From positions 60,001-92,000 of the forward strand of contig JAJRVL010000004.1 of NCBI GenBank assembly GCA_024277355.1: a stretch of DNA of 32,000 bases, given 5' to 3'. The notes under the pieces were generated by a model. The model had not been told where the DNA came from. It worked only from the letters and a program-made list of their open reading frames with translations, and did not search any database. This document shows positions 17,301 through 26,520 of this stretch, in pieces. Position 1 is the first letter of the stretch. Each line of letters begins with the position of its first letter. This DNA comes from an archaeon (GTDB lineage: Archaea > Iainarchaeota > Iainarchaeia > Iainarchaeales > 1-14-0-10-31-34). Position numbers and translations under genes: made by a program.

Positions 17301-18432
17301 TAATTAACTCCTCAAAAAATTTAATGTAATAACGAGCAATAATTTTCCATGAAAACTCTTTTTTAACTTTATTTAATCCGTTTTCTCCAAGAGTTTCAGC
17401 TTTTAAAGGATTATCTAATAAAAAAGAAATTGATTTAACTAATTCTGATTCTTTTTTTGGATTAATTTTTATTCCAACAGAATCATCAATTATTTCTTTT
17501 AATCCGCCTACATCTGAAACAATTACAGGTTTTTTGCAGGCCATTGCCTCTAAAGTTGAAACAGAAACCGGTTCAAACAAAGAAGGCAGAACATAAACTG
17601 AACATGCATTAAGCAAAGCAATTTTTTCTTTTTCTTTAATCCATCCTAAAAATTTAACATTATTAAGTTTTTTGTTTTTAATAAATTCTTTTACTTTTTT
17701 TTCTTCTGGTCCTTTTCCTGCCATTAAAAAAACATAGTTTTTGTTTTTTAGTTTCTCTGCTGTCTTAAGGAAAAGAAAAGGATTTTTTTGTAATTCAATT
17801 CTTGCTAAAAATAAAACAATTTTTTTATTAAATTTTAATTTAATTTTTTCTAATTCGTTTTTTTCTGCAGTAAATTTTTCAGGAAAAATTCCATTGTTAA
17901 TTACAGTTGATTTAACTTTAAGAAAATTCATTGCTTTTTTTTGTTCTGTTTTATTTAAAAAAATTATTCCATCTGCTTTATTCATTCCAATTCTTTGAAA
18001 AAAAGCATCAATTATTTTAGCAAATTTTAGCTGTCTTGGAACCGGAATAAAACCAAATTTTAAGAAAAAATCTCCAATTAAAGGAGTAAATTTTGCTCTT
18101 TCAGTGAAATTATCATGAATTATTGCTGTTTTTGGAATACTCCAGTTTAAGAAAAACAGTGTTTCAGCCATAGATGAAAGAACTAAATCAAATTCTTTTT
18201 CATTAATTTGATCTGAAACGGCTTTTCCAAATAAAAAACGATTAATAAAACCAAAAGGATAATCAATTAATTTTAATTGATTAATTTTAATGCATTTAAA
18301 ATCCAAAAATTTTCCTGTTAAATTTGCTACTGTAATTTCATTTCCCTGACTTCTTAATTCCTGAATTAATTCAAAATATGCTGGAGAAACAATTTCATTT
18401 ATTCCTTCCCTAATTAAATAAAGAATTTTCAT
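17287..18432 (-). CDS. GT4 family glycosyltransferase
   Basis: KIVLFLARIELQKNPFLFLKTAEKL and LPSLFEPVSVSTLEAMACKKPVIVSDVGGLKEII. Confidence 0.88.
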   Translation of the reverse strand: MKILYLIREGINEIVSPAYFELIQELRSQGNEITVANLTGKFLDFKCIKINQLKLIDYPFGFINRFLFGKAVSDQINEKEFDLVLSSMAETLFFLNWSIPKTAIIHDNFTERAKFTPLIGDFFLKFGFIPVPRQLKFAKIIDAFFQRIGMNKADGIIFLNKTEQKKAMNFLKVKSTVINNGIFPEKFTAEKNELEKIKLKFNKKIVLFLARIELQKNPFLFLKTAEKLKNKNYVFLMAGKGPEEKKVKEFIKNKKLNNVKFLGWIKEKEKIALLNACSVYVLPSLFEPVSVSTLEAMACKKPVIVSDVGGLKEIIDDSVGIKINPKKESELVKSISFLLDNPLKAETLGENGLNKVKKEFSWKIIARYYIKFFEELINAKK

Positions 18433-18433
18433 T

Positions 18434-19321
18434 TTATTTACCTGAATTAATAAACGAAATTACTTTATTTAATCCTTCTTCTAAAGAAGTATTACACGTA
18501 TAACCAATTAATTCATTTAAATAATTTGAATCAAAAGCCATTCTTTCTCCTTCTAATTCACTTAAACCTGCAGGAAAATTATCTTTTATTATTTCTGATT
18601 TTGAGTTAGTTAATTTTTTTATTAATTTAGCTAAATTAATTATGCTTGTTTTTGTTCCAGTTCCAATATTTACTGCCTTTGAATAAGTGTTTTCAGAAAA
18701 TGCAGTTAAAATTGTTGCATGAGCTGCATCATCAACAAAAGTAAAATCTCTTTCCTGTTTTCCATTTCCATAAACAACTAAAGGTTTTCCTTCAATTGCA
18801 CTCTCAACAAAATAAGGAACCGCCATTGCATTTTTTTGTTCTTCTCCATAAACATTATAATATCTTACAATTGAATAACCTAAATTATTTTCTTTATGAA
18901 ATTCTTCAATATAATATTCTCCCATTAATTTTGCTGCAACATAAGAAAAAAAAGAATTTGAATGAATTTTAGAAAACGAAAAAGATTCCCTGAATTTTCT
19001 GCTTAAAAGAGTAGTTGAAGGATAAATCACTTTTTTTACATTATTTTTCAACGAATAATTTAACACATTATATAATCCGGTTAATTCAGTATGAACTAAT
19101 TTAATAGGATTAGTTATTTTGTAATTTCCTCCCGCAGAAGCAAAATGAAAAACAAAATCAAATTTTCCAATTGAATCAATCCAGCCTTTTTCTGTTACAT
19201 CAAAAGCTGCATCAGATCCTGATTCAGTATCCAAAGAAATAACTTTATGATCTATTGAAAGCAAAGAAACAATTTTTGAACCAATAAAACCATTTCCGCC
19301 TGTAACAAGAATTTTAGACAT
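18434..19321 (-). CDS. NAD-dependent epimerase/dehydratase (extended SDR, nucleotide-sugar type)
   Basis: ILVTGGNGFIGSKIV, FHFASAGG, YVAAKLMGE (YxxxK), RYYNVYGEEQ and RDFTFVDDAAHA. Confidence 0.9.
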   Translation of the reverse strand: MSKILVTGGNGFIGSKIVSLLSIDHKVISLDTESGSDAAFDVTEKGWIDSIGKFDFVFHFASAGGNYKITNPIKLVHTELTGLYNVLNYSLKNNVKKVIYPSTTLLSRKFRESFSFSKIHSNSFFSYVAAKLMGEYYIEEFHKENNLGYSIVRYYNVYGEEQKNAMAVPYFVESAIEGKPLVVYGNGKQERDFTFVDDAAHATILTAFSENTYSKAVNIGTGTKTSIINLAKLIKKLTNSKSEIIKDNFPAGLSELEGERMAFDSNYLNELIGYTCNTSLEEGLNKVISFINSGK

Positions 19322-19422
19322 AAATAACTAATTCTAAAAAACAATAAAAGCTTTTTCTTTTTTTCAATATAAATAAAAAAGTATTAAATATTATTAAAAC
19401 CCTTTAATTTATTGATAATTAA

Positions 19423-20541
19423 ATGAAAATAGGAATTATTTCACAAGGGTTTCCTCCAGACAAATACAGCGGGGGAATAGGAAGATATTATTCTGAATTA
19501 ATTGAAGAATTAAAGAATAAAACAGAAGAAATCCATGTATTTACTTCAATTAAAAAAAAAAATTACGAAAATGTTTTTTTTCATTTAATTAAACAGGAAC
19601 ACAAATTTCTTTTTCCTTTAGATAACTATTTGAATTTAATTAACCACAGCAAAAAAGTTTATGAAAAAATAATTAAATACAAAAATAAAATTAACTTAGT
19701 TGAAGCACCAATTGGAACATTAGAAGGATATTATTTTTCTAAACGCAAATTTATTCCATTAATTACTTCAACTCAGACTCCTATCTCAGAAGTATTAACA
19801 AAAAAGACACTTTTTTTAGATAAAAAATTAGTTTATAAAACAGAAAGAAAAACAATTGAAAATTCTAATGCAATAGTAACTGCAACAAATTACTCAAAAG
19901 AAAGCATAATAAAAAAATATTTTAATTCAAATCATTCAAATATTAATTTAATCAATCAGGGAATAAACACAAATAAATTCATTCCAATAAAAACAGAAAA
20001 ATCAGATGAAATAACTCTTTTGTTTGCAGGAAGAATTGATTCAAGAAAAGGATTACAAGTATTACTTAATGCTTTTCCTTTAATAAAACAAAAAACAAAA
20101 ATTCTTGTTGCAGGAGAAAAAATAAATCCTCAAAATTTATTTCACAAACAAATATTGAATTTAATTAAAAAAAATTCAGTTAATATTGAATTTTTAGGTT
20201 TTCAATCAGAACAAAAATTAATTGAATTATATAATAAATCTGATTTAATTATTGAACCTTCTTTTTCTGAGTCAGCCTGCTATGTCTTAATTGAAGCAAT
20301 GTCTTGTCAAAAAACAGTTATTACTTCTAATGCAGGAGGAATGAAAGAAATTGCATTAAAAGAACTTCAATTTAAATCAGGAAATCATTTTGAACTAGCA
20401 GAAAAAATAAATTTTTTCCTTGAAAATAAAACTAAAAGGAAAAAACTTGAATTAAAATCAAGACAAAAAATTATTGAACAATATAACATCAAAAACAGCA
20501 TTAAAAAATACATTGAATTATATTCAAGTTTAATTCCCTGA
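19423..20541 (+). CDS. GT4 family glycosyltransferase
   Basis: PDKYSGGIGRYYSELIEELK, LLFAGRIDSRKGLQVLLNAF and EPSFSESACYVLIEAMSCQKTVITSNAGGMKEIA. Confidence 0.9.
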   Translation: MKIGIISQGFPPDKYSGGIGRYYSELIEELKNKTEEIHVFTSIKKKNYENVFFHLIKQEHKFLFPLDNYLNLINHSKKVYEKIIKYKNKINLVEAPIGTLEGYYFSKRKFIPLITSTQTPISEVLTKKTLFLDKKLVYKTERKTIENSNAIVTATNYSKESIIKKYFNSNHSNINLINQGINTNKFIPIKTEKSDEITLLFAGRIDSRKGLQVLLNAFPLIKQKTKILVAGEKINPQNLFHKQILNLIKKNSVNIEFLGFQSEQKLIELYNKSDLIIEPSFSESACYVLIEAMSCQKTVITSNAGGMKEIALKELQFKSGNHFELAEKINFFLENKTKRKKLELKSRQKIIEQYNIKNSIKKYIELYSSLIP

Positions 20542-20548
20542 AAATAAT

Positions 20549-21403
20549 TTAATTCTTTAATAAAAATTTTTTTGTTCCGGAAACTCTTGAAACAAAAACA
20601 AGATAAGAAAGTCTAAATAAGTCAAAAAAAGAAATTTTTTTTTTAGTGAAAAAAATAATTAAATCTTTTAATTCATTTAACAGAACAGGAAAATCATTAA
20701 ATACAAGCAAAGGAAAAAAGAAAAAAGAATTAAAATTCTTTAAAGCAAAATAATATTTAAATTTAATAAACTCAAAATTATTTCCATATTTAATATTTTT
20801 ATTAAGAAAATGATGAACTATTGCTTTTTCATTTACTTTAATCTTTAATTTTTTTTTATGGATTCTTGCTGAAAGATCTATTTCTTCAAAAAAATAAGGA
20901 AAACTTTCATCAAAAAAATTAACTTTTTCTAATGCTTTTCTGGTAAAAGCCATATTACAGCCATGCACACTAATAAAATCATTTTTTTTCAGTTTCTCTG
21001 AATTAATTTTAATTCTTCCAAATTTATTACAAATCCATAAAACATGCTGTTTTGGTTTATCAAAATATTCAATGCTTTTCCCTGAAATTGCTGAAGTATT
21101 TAAATCAAAAGCTAACACAATTTCTTTAAGCCAGTTTTTTTCCACAATACAATCATCATCAGTAAAAGCAATTATTTCTCCTGAAGAATTTTTTATTCCT
21201 GTATTTCTTGCAGCAGCTAAACCTTTATGTTTTTGCTTAATTAACTTAAATCCTTTTTTAGGTATTTCTGATTTTCCTCCATCATCAACTACAATTAATT
21301 CAAAATTACTGTAATCAGAATTTAAAACAGAGTCAATTGCTTTCTGCAGTGAATTTCTTTTTTTGTAAGTACAGATTACAACAGAAACAAAAGGATTATT
21401 CAT
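20549..21403 (-). CDS. GT2 family glycosyltransferase
   Basis: VSVVICTYKKRNSLQKAIDSVLNSDYSNFELIVVDDGG, GLAAARNTGIKNSSGEIIAFTDDDC. Confidence 0.9.
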   Translation of the reverse strand: MNNPFVSVVICTYKKRNSLQKAIDSVLNSDYSNFELIVVDDGGKSEIPKKGFKLIKQKHKGLAAARNTGIKNSSGEIIAFTDDDCIVEKNWLKEIVLAFDLNTSAISGKSIEYFDKPKQHVLWICNKFGRIKINSEKLKKNDFISVHGCNMAFTRKALEKVNFFDESFPYFFEEIDLSARIHKKKLKIKVNEKAIVHHFLNKNIKYGNNFEFIKFKYYFALKNFNSFFFFPLLVFNDFPVLLNELKDLIIFFTKKKISFFDLFRLSYLVFVSRVSGTKKFLLKN

Positions 21404-22539
21404 TTAATCACTGAATTTTTAATGAATTTTTCAAGCAAATTAATGTTTTTTTCTAAATCAAGTTTTTCTAAAGCAATATTTCTTGCAATGCCTGATAAAT
21501 TATTTAATTCCTGTTTAGAAATTTTTTTTGTTTTTTCAAAATTTATTCCGGCTTTTCCCGCCTGACTTAACGGACCGTCCATTAAAGGAACTAATACAGG
21601 CAAACCTGAAGAAAGATATTCAGATATTTTCATCATATAACTTGCATCAGCAAAAACTGCATTAAACTTCTTTAAATAAACTCCTCCGTCAAAAAAAGGA
21701 AGTGATTCAACTAATTCTTTATGAGAAAATTTCCCTAAAAAAACAATTTTTTCTTTTAAATTTCTTTTAGTTATTTCTTTAATAAATTCATCTGAAAGAA
21801 TTCCTTTAGAAGAAATAATATATAAAACACAATTGTTGTTTTCAAGAAAAGGAAAAAAAGAATTAAAATCCTGTAAATCAACTAAACCGCTTACATAAAC
21901 TAAATTAATTTTATTTTTATCCAAATTTAATCCTGTTTTTATTTTAGTTTTTTTTGGAGTGAATTTATTTGAATCAACTGGAGAAGGAGAAAAAGCCATT
22001 GGTTTTTTTACACCCATTAAATCCAATAATTTATTTTGAACGGGACTTAAAGAAATTATTCCATTGCTTTCTTTTAATACTTTTAAATGAATTTCTTTTG
22101 TAGCTCCCATAAAAGAAGAAATAAAATTGTTTTTTTCAGTTATTCCTTCAATAAAAACAAAATAAGGGATTTTTCTTTTTTTTAATTCTTCTGTAATCTT
22201 AAGATAAAAAGTGCTTTCAATTAAAGGTTTTAAATTAAACCAAAATCCGTTACCTGCAATTGGATCTAATTTCAATATTACTGCATTAAATTTTTCTTTT
22301 TTAATTAAAAAAACAAATTTTTCAAAAGAAAAAAAGGAAGTTAAAGGAAAAGTAAATGCTTTAGTATAAAACCAAAAAGGCATTGGAGAAAAAACTTTCA
22401 TTTTATTTGAATGACCATGGCCAATAAAAAAAACTTCATCTCCTTTTTCTGCTAATCCTTCACTTAATCTTCTTAAATTAACTGATTCTCCTCTGAATAA
22501 ATCAATATTAACTCTTTCTCCAAAAAATAATAACTTCAT
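21400..22539 (-). CDS. Divergent GT4-like (GT-B) glycosyltransferase
   Basis: ESVNLRRLSEGLAEKGDEVFFIGHG, INLVYVSGLVDLQDF and MMKISEYLSSGLPVLVPLMDGPLSQAG; 4-nt overlaps with both neighbouring genes. Confidence 0.68.
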   Translation of the reverse strand: MKLLFFGERVNIDLFRGESVNLRRLSEGLAEKGDEVFFIGHGHSNKMKVFSPMPFWFYTKAFTFPLTSFFSFEKFVFLIKKEKFNAVILKLDPIAGNGFWFNLKPLIESTFYLKITEELKKRKIPYFVFIEGITEKNNFISSFMGATKEIHLKVLKESNGIISLSPVQNKLLDLMGVKKPMAFSPSPVDSNKFTPKKTKIKTGLNLDKNKINLVYVSGLVDLQDFNSFFPFLENNNCVLYIISSKGILSDEFIKEITKRNLKEKIVFLGKFSHKELVESLPFFDGGVYLKKFNAVFADASYMMKISEYLSSGLPVLVPLMDGPLSQAGKAGINFEKTKKISKQELNNLSGIARNIALEKLDLEKNINLLEKFIKNSVIK

Positions 22540-23633
22540 TTAATCACTTTATTAAAAAAAGCAGTATATTCTTTTATTACAGCATTAAAAGAAAATTTTT
22601 CTTCAATTGTTTTTCTTGCATTTAATCCAAAACTAATTCTTTTTTTTTCATTTTTAATTAATTCAGTTAATCTTTCTTCAAATAATCTTTGATTATTTAA
22701 TTCAACTAAAAAGCCATTTTGGTTGTCTTTAATTATTTCTTTTGTTCCTCCAACAGAAAATGCAATACAAGGAGTAAAACAAGCCATTGCTTCAATTAAA
22801 ACTAAACCAAATGATTCCATTGAAGAAGGCAGAATTAAAATTGAAGCAGAAGAAAATTCTTTAATTAAATCTTTTCTGGATAAATTCTGTTTTAAAGTAA
22901 TTTTTCTTTTAGATGATTTAACTAACTTTTGTATTTTATCTGAATAATTTTTTTCTTCTTCAGAAAAAGTTTTAGGAAAAATAAATTCAAAATTCCATCC
23001 AATAAAATCTTTTTCTGCTAATTTAATTAAAAAATCAATTCCTTTATGTTTTACTGCTCTTCCAACAAACAAAATTTTGTTTTCTTTTTTTTCTGGTTTA
23101 ACAGGGAATTCATTTAAAGAAATGAAATTAGTTTTTTTAATTATTTTTTTTGAATTCACTTCTGTTATTTCAATTACTTTTTGTTTAATTAAATCACTTG
23201 CAATTAAAACATAATCAGATTGAATTACACTAAACTTTGCTAAAAAATCATATAATTTGTTATTTGGTTTAAGCCAAGGATTATGATTAAATTCATGATA
23301 AATTAAAGGAATTCCTTTAATTTTTGAAATTAATAATCCTATAAAAATCATTGAACAACCTGAAACATAAACTCCATCAAATTTTCTGAATAATGCTTTT
23401 CTTAAAATAAATAAACTGAAAAAAAAACCATTAGTTTTTTTTGCAGGAAACCTTTCAATTACTAAATTTTTTTCTGAATTAAATTTTATTTTTGGGTTAA
23501 CAGAAAAATAAGTTATATTAAAGTCTTTTTTTAGTCCTTGAGCTAACTTAAATGACAAATATTCTATTGCGCCTCCTGTGTCAGCTGGAACTCCAATAAA
23601 TTGTGTTCCAATCATGCATAAATTTTTCTGCAT
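22536..23633 (-). CDS. GT4 family glycosyltransferase
   Basis: DTGGAIEYLSFKLAQGL, KILFVGRAVKHKGIDFLIKLA and LPSSMESFGLVLIEAMACFTPCIAFSVGGTKEII. Confidence 0.9.
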   Translation of the reverse strand: MQKNLCMIGTQFIGVPADTGGAIEYLSFKLAQGLKKDFNITYFSVNPKIKFNSEKNLVIERFPAKKTNGFFFSLFILRKALFRKFDGVYVSGCSMIFIGLLISKIKGIPLIYHEFNHNPWLKPNNKLYDFLAKFSVIQSDYVLIASDLIKQKVIEITEVNSKKIIKKTNFISLNEFPVKPEKKENKILFVGRAVKHKGIDFLIKLAEKDFIGWNFEFIFPKTFSEEEKNYSDKIQKLVKSSKRKITLKQNLSRKDLIKEFSSASILILPSSMESFGLVLIEAMACFTPCIAFSVGGTKEIIKDNQNGFLVELNNQRLFEERLTELIKNEKKRISFGLNARKTIEEKFSFNAVIKEYTAFFNKVIK

Positions 23634-23651
23634 ACAATTAATTCTCCTGAA

Positions 23652-25573
23652 TTATTCCTTAAATTCAATTAATTCCTGGGCTTTAATTAAATAAACTTTT
23701 GAATATTCATTTTCATAAATTATTTTACCTATTGAACTAATTCTTGCTTTATCATCACATCTTAAATAAACATCATTTAAATAAAAATCATATGGTTTTT
23801 CTTTAATGCATGAAACAGAAAAACCAAATGCATTTGCATATTGATTTGAATTTGCTGTATTAAATATTGTTATTGGCGTTAACTTTTCTCCAATAATATT
23901 GTTTGCTGAAAATTCTAATGAAAATAATTCATTTGCTTCAGCATACTGTGAACTGCTGAATAAAGTTACTGCGCCGGCAGAAGAAAAAGCCAATAAAAGA
24001 ATTGGAATAAAATATAACGGTTTTTTATGGAAAATTAATACTATGCAGACTCCTAAAATAAATCCTGTTACTTCTAATGTTGCATGCACTCCATCTTGAA
24101 ATTGAATATGAATCAAAAATAAAATTAAAGCAAACAAAGCCATACTTAAAACAAAAATTTTTCTTTTTTTTGGAAACAAGAAAAAAGAAGCCAAAACAAG
24201 TATTCCTACTAAAGAATAATAAATTAATTTTTGCATTAATTGTTCAACTCCAAACTGATTAACATAATTATTAACAAATGGAACAAATCTTCTTACAAAA
24301 GGAATATTTTCAAATGTTTTTTCCGGAATTAACTCTTTTTTTTCTAGTTTAGTATTTACTTGTATTCCATCAAAAGGATTTGATTTAGGGTTTAAGTCTT
24401 CTTCTCTTAAAACTGTTTCTTGTTCTATTTGAACTGGAATTTCATTATTTTGATCTGAATCAATTATTGGCTTAAAGTCATCATCAAATTCAGAATAAGA
24501 ACCAGCTAAATCAAATAAATTAATCGATGTTGAATAAGTTGCTACAAGAATTCCAAATAACAAAAATATAGCTATATCAGTGTAATACGTTTTTTTTGAC
24601 GAAGCTTTCTTAAAGAAAAAAACTAAAACAAAAAAACCAAATACTGCAACAGAAATATACAGTGTTGTCAAATTAATATAAGTTATAATTAACATCATTA
24701 CAACTAAAATTATTCTTGAATTTAACTGATTAAAATACTTTAAATAAAAATAAATAAATACAAAGAATATAACAAATTTTCCTATTGTTTGAGGGGCTAA
24801 ATGAATATTTTGAATTGGAAAAAAGTAATTAAAACAGGAAAAATTGCTAGTTTTTCATCTAAAAAAATTGATGAAAGCAAATAAAATGCAAGAAAAATCA
24901 TGATTAATAAAAATAACTTAAATAAAAAGAAAATATTGAATACAGTTGTTCCAAATAATTTTGCTATAATAACTAAGTAATAAAAATACACAAAGCTTAC
25001 ATTAACATAATTATTTTCTCCAAAATCTTTGTGAGTAAACTCTCCTGATTCAAGTTTTTCAAGATTATCTAATAATATTCTTTCATCCCCAATTAAAATT
25101 TGAGGCGTTAATAATGGACTTAAAGTTGCAATAAATAAAATAAACATTGAAATCCATAACAGTTTTTTTTCTCCTTTAATTAAAGAATAAACAACTGTTC
25201 CTGCAATTAATCCAAAACCTAAATAATACAGTAAATTATATTCAACTAATAACTCAAATCTCTGCCAGAAAAAAGAAAAGAAAATTAATATTCCTCCAAA
25301 CGAAACAACAAAAGGAGTTAATTTGTTTATTTTAAACATTAAATAAACTGATATTCCTGAAATTACAAGAGAAAATAAAGCTAAATAAAATCTATCTAAT
25401 ACAACAAAATTTTCTAAATGAGAATAAAAAAACAAATAAGCAAAAATATAAAGAAATAAAAATGCAGTAAAATACTTATTTGAAAAGAATTCTTGTCCTT
25501 TTTCTTCTATTTTTTTTGCTATTTCCTTTAATTTTTTTATTTTTGGATTATTTTCTGAAAACATTTTTTTCAA
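23652..25573 (-). pseudogene. GT-C-like polytopic membrane protein split into two listed ORFs by an apparent -1 frameshift (24797..25573 = N-terminal part, 23652..24698 = C-terminal part)
   Basis: The downstream frame is open upstream of its listed ATG to about 24846 (FFPIQNIHLAPQTIGKFVIFFVFIYFYLKYFNQLNSRIILVVMMLIITYINLTTLYI). This resembles the intact protein at 26521..28038 (GLMFATPNSMALSLIPLLLFLFLKGTTHKKTAFVFMILFALTTIIHPAFTLI). Whether it is decay, sequence error or programmed shift is undetermined. Confidence 0.72.
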
Positions 25574-25967
25574 TTCCTATAACTAAAGCAATTAATAAAA
25601 CTAAAATTATTCCTAAAACTAACCTGTAATCCGGCCTAATAGTCAAAGAAGTATAATATTCATCTTTTTCGGTTGTAATTTTTATTGCATAAAACCCTGC
25701 TTCAAGATTATTTGTATTTAATTCAAATTTTTTTCCTTCAGCTTTTAGTCCATTATTTTTAAAGATTGGGCAAATTTGTTTAGTGCATTTTTTCACTGAA
25801 TTTAAATTATAATAATATTCCATTTCTACTTCTGCGTTTTCTTCTAATGTTAATTCAACTTTTTCCCCTGTAAAAGAAACAAATGGTTCTAAAGTTAATG
25901 AATTAACCATAGAAGAAAACAAAATTAATGCTAATAAAATTAATATTATCTTATTCATTTTTTTCAC
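25548..25967 (-). CDS. Small secreted or membrane-anchored protein, unknown function
   Basis: N-terminal signal-like MKKMNKIILILLALILFSSMVNS and a C-terminal TM helix LVLGIILVLLIALVIGI followed by basic residues. Overlaps the GT-C ORF by 26 nt. Confidence 0.65.
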   Translation of the reverse strand: MKKMNKIILILLALILFSSMVNSLTLEPFVSFTGEKVELTLEENAEVEMEYYYNLNSVKKCTKQICPIFKNNGLKAEGKKFELNTNNLEAGFYAIKITTEKDEYYTSLTIRPDYRLVLGIILVLLIALVIGIEKNVFRK

Positions 25968-26365
25968 TCACTTATTATTCCTTTAATAAAATGTATTCCT
26001 AAAAAAATTACATTTGATAAAACTGAAGCCGAAATTATTGTTGTTCTGTCAAAAGGAAAATTTAATGCAGCAGTTAAAATAAAAGTAAAAAACACAATTA
26101 TCCCTATACTTAAAATTACTGATAAAACTATTGTTTCAATTACTGGAGGATTTTTTATTACCAGTCTGTAAAATAAATAACCAGGAAAAATTAATGCACC
26201 AAAAGCAGTTATTAATTCATGCAAAGGAAAAGGAAAATAAATACTTAAAACAGAAATCAGTATTATCATCAGTCCGTAATTAAATAAATTGTATTTCAGC
26301 AAAAACTGTTTTATTTGCACTGTTTTTTCTTCTATCCTGTCATAAACTGATTCTATTCCATTCAT
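25964..26365 (-). CDS. DUF1616-like polytopic membrane protein
   Basis: 133 aa; FPFPLHELITAFGALIFPGYLFYRLVIKNPPVIETIVLSVILSIG resembles the DUF1616 pattern. 4-nt overlap with 25548..25967. Confidence 0.5.
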   Translation of the reverse strand: MNGIESVYDRIEEKTVQIKQFLLKYNLFNYGLMIILISVLSIYFPFPLHELITAFGALIFPGYLFYRLVIKNPPVIETIVLSVILSIGIIVFFTFILTAALNFPFDRTTIISASVLSNVIFLGIHFIKGIISE

Positions 26366-26520
26366 TCAAATAACAATACAATTAAAGTTATATAAATAAA
26401 TTCTTGAACAGACTTTCAATTAGGAAACAAAAAAATAATCGCTATATAAGATATAATCAATCAAAAAAGCCAGTGAAACACATAAGATTTAAATGCAATA
26501 AAAGCGTTTTTTAATTCAAG

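Noticed and set aside
19322-19422. Possible small RNA or regulatory element in the 101-nt divergent gap between the epimerase and GT4
   Set aside because: Very AT-rich with no convincing structure; it most likely just holds two divergent promoters.
21072-22947. Plus-strand ORFs 21072..21314 and 22723..22947
   Set aside because: Antisense to GT2 and GT4 conserved regions.
23899-24262. Plus-strand ORFs 23899..24099 and 24077..24262
   Set aside because: Antisense to the C-terminal part of the GT-C-like gene; no independent signal.
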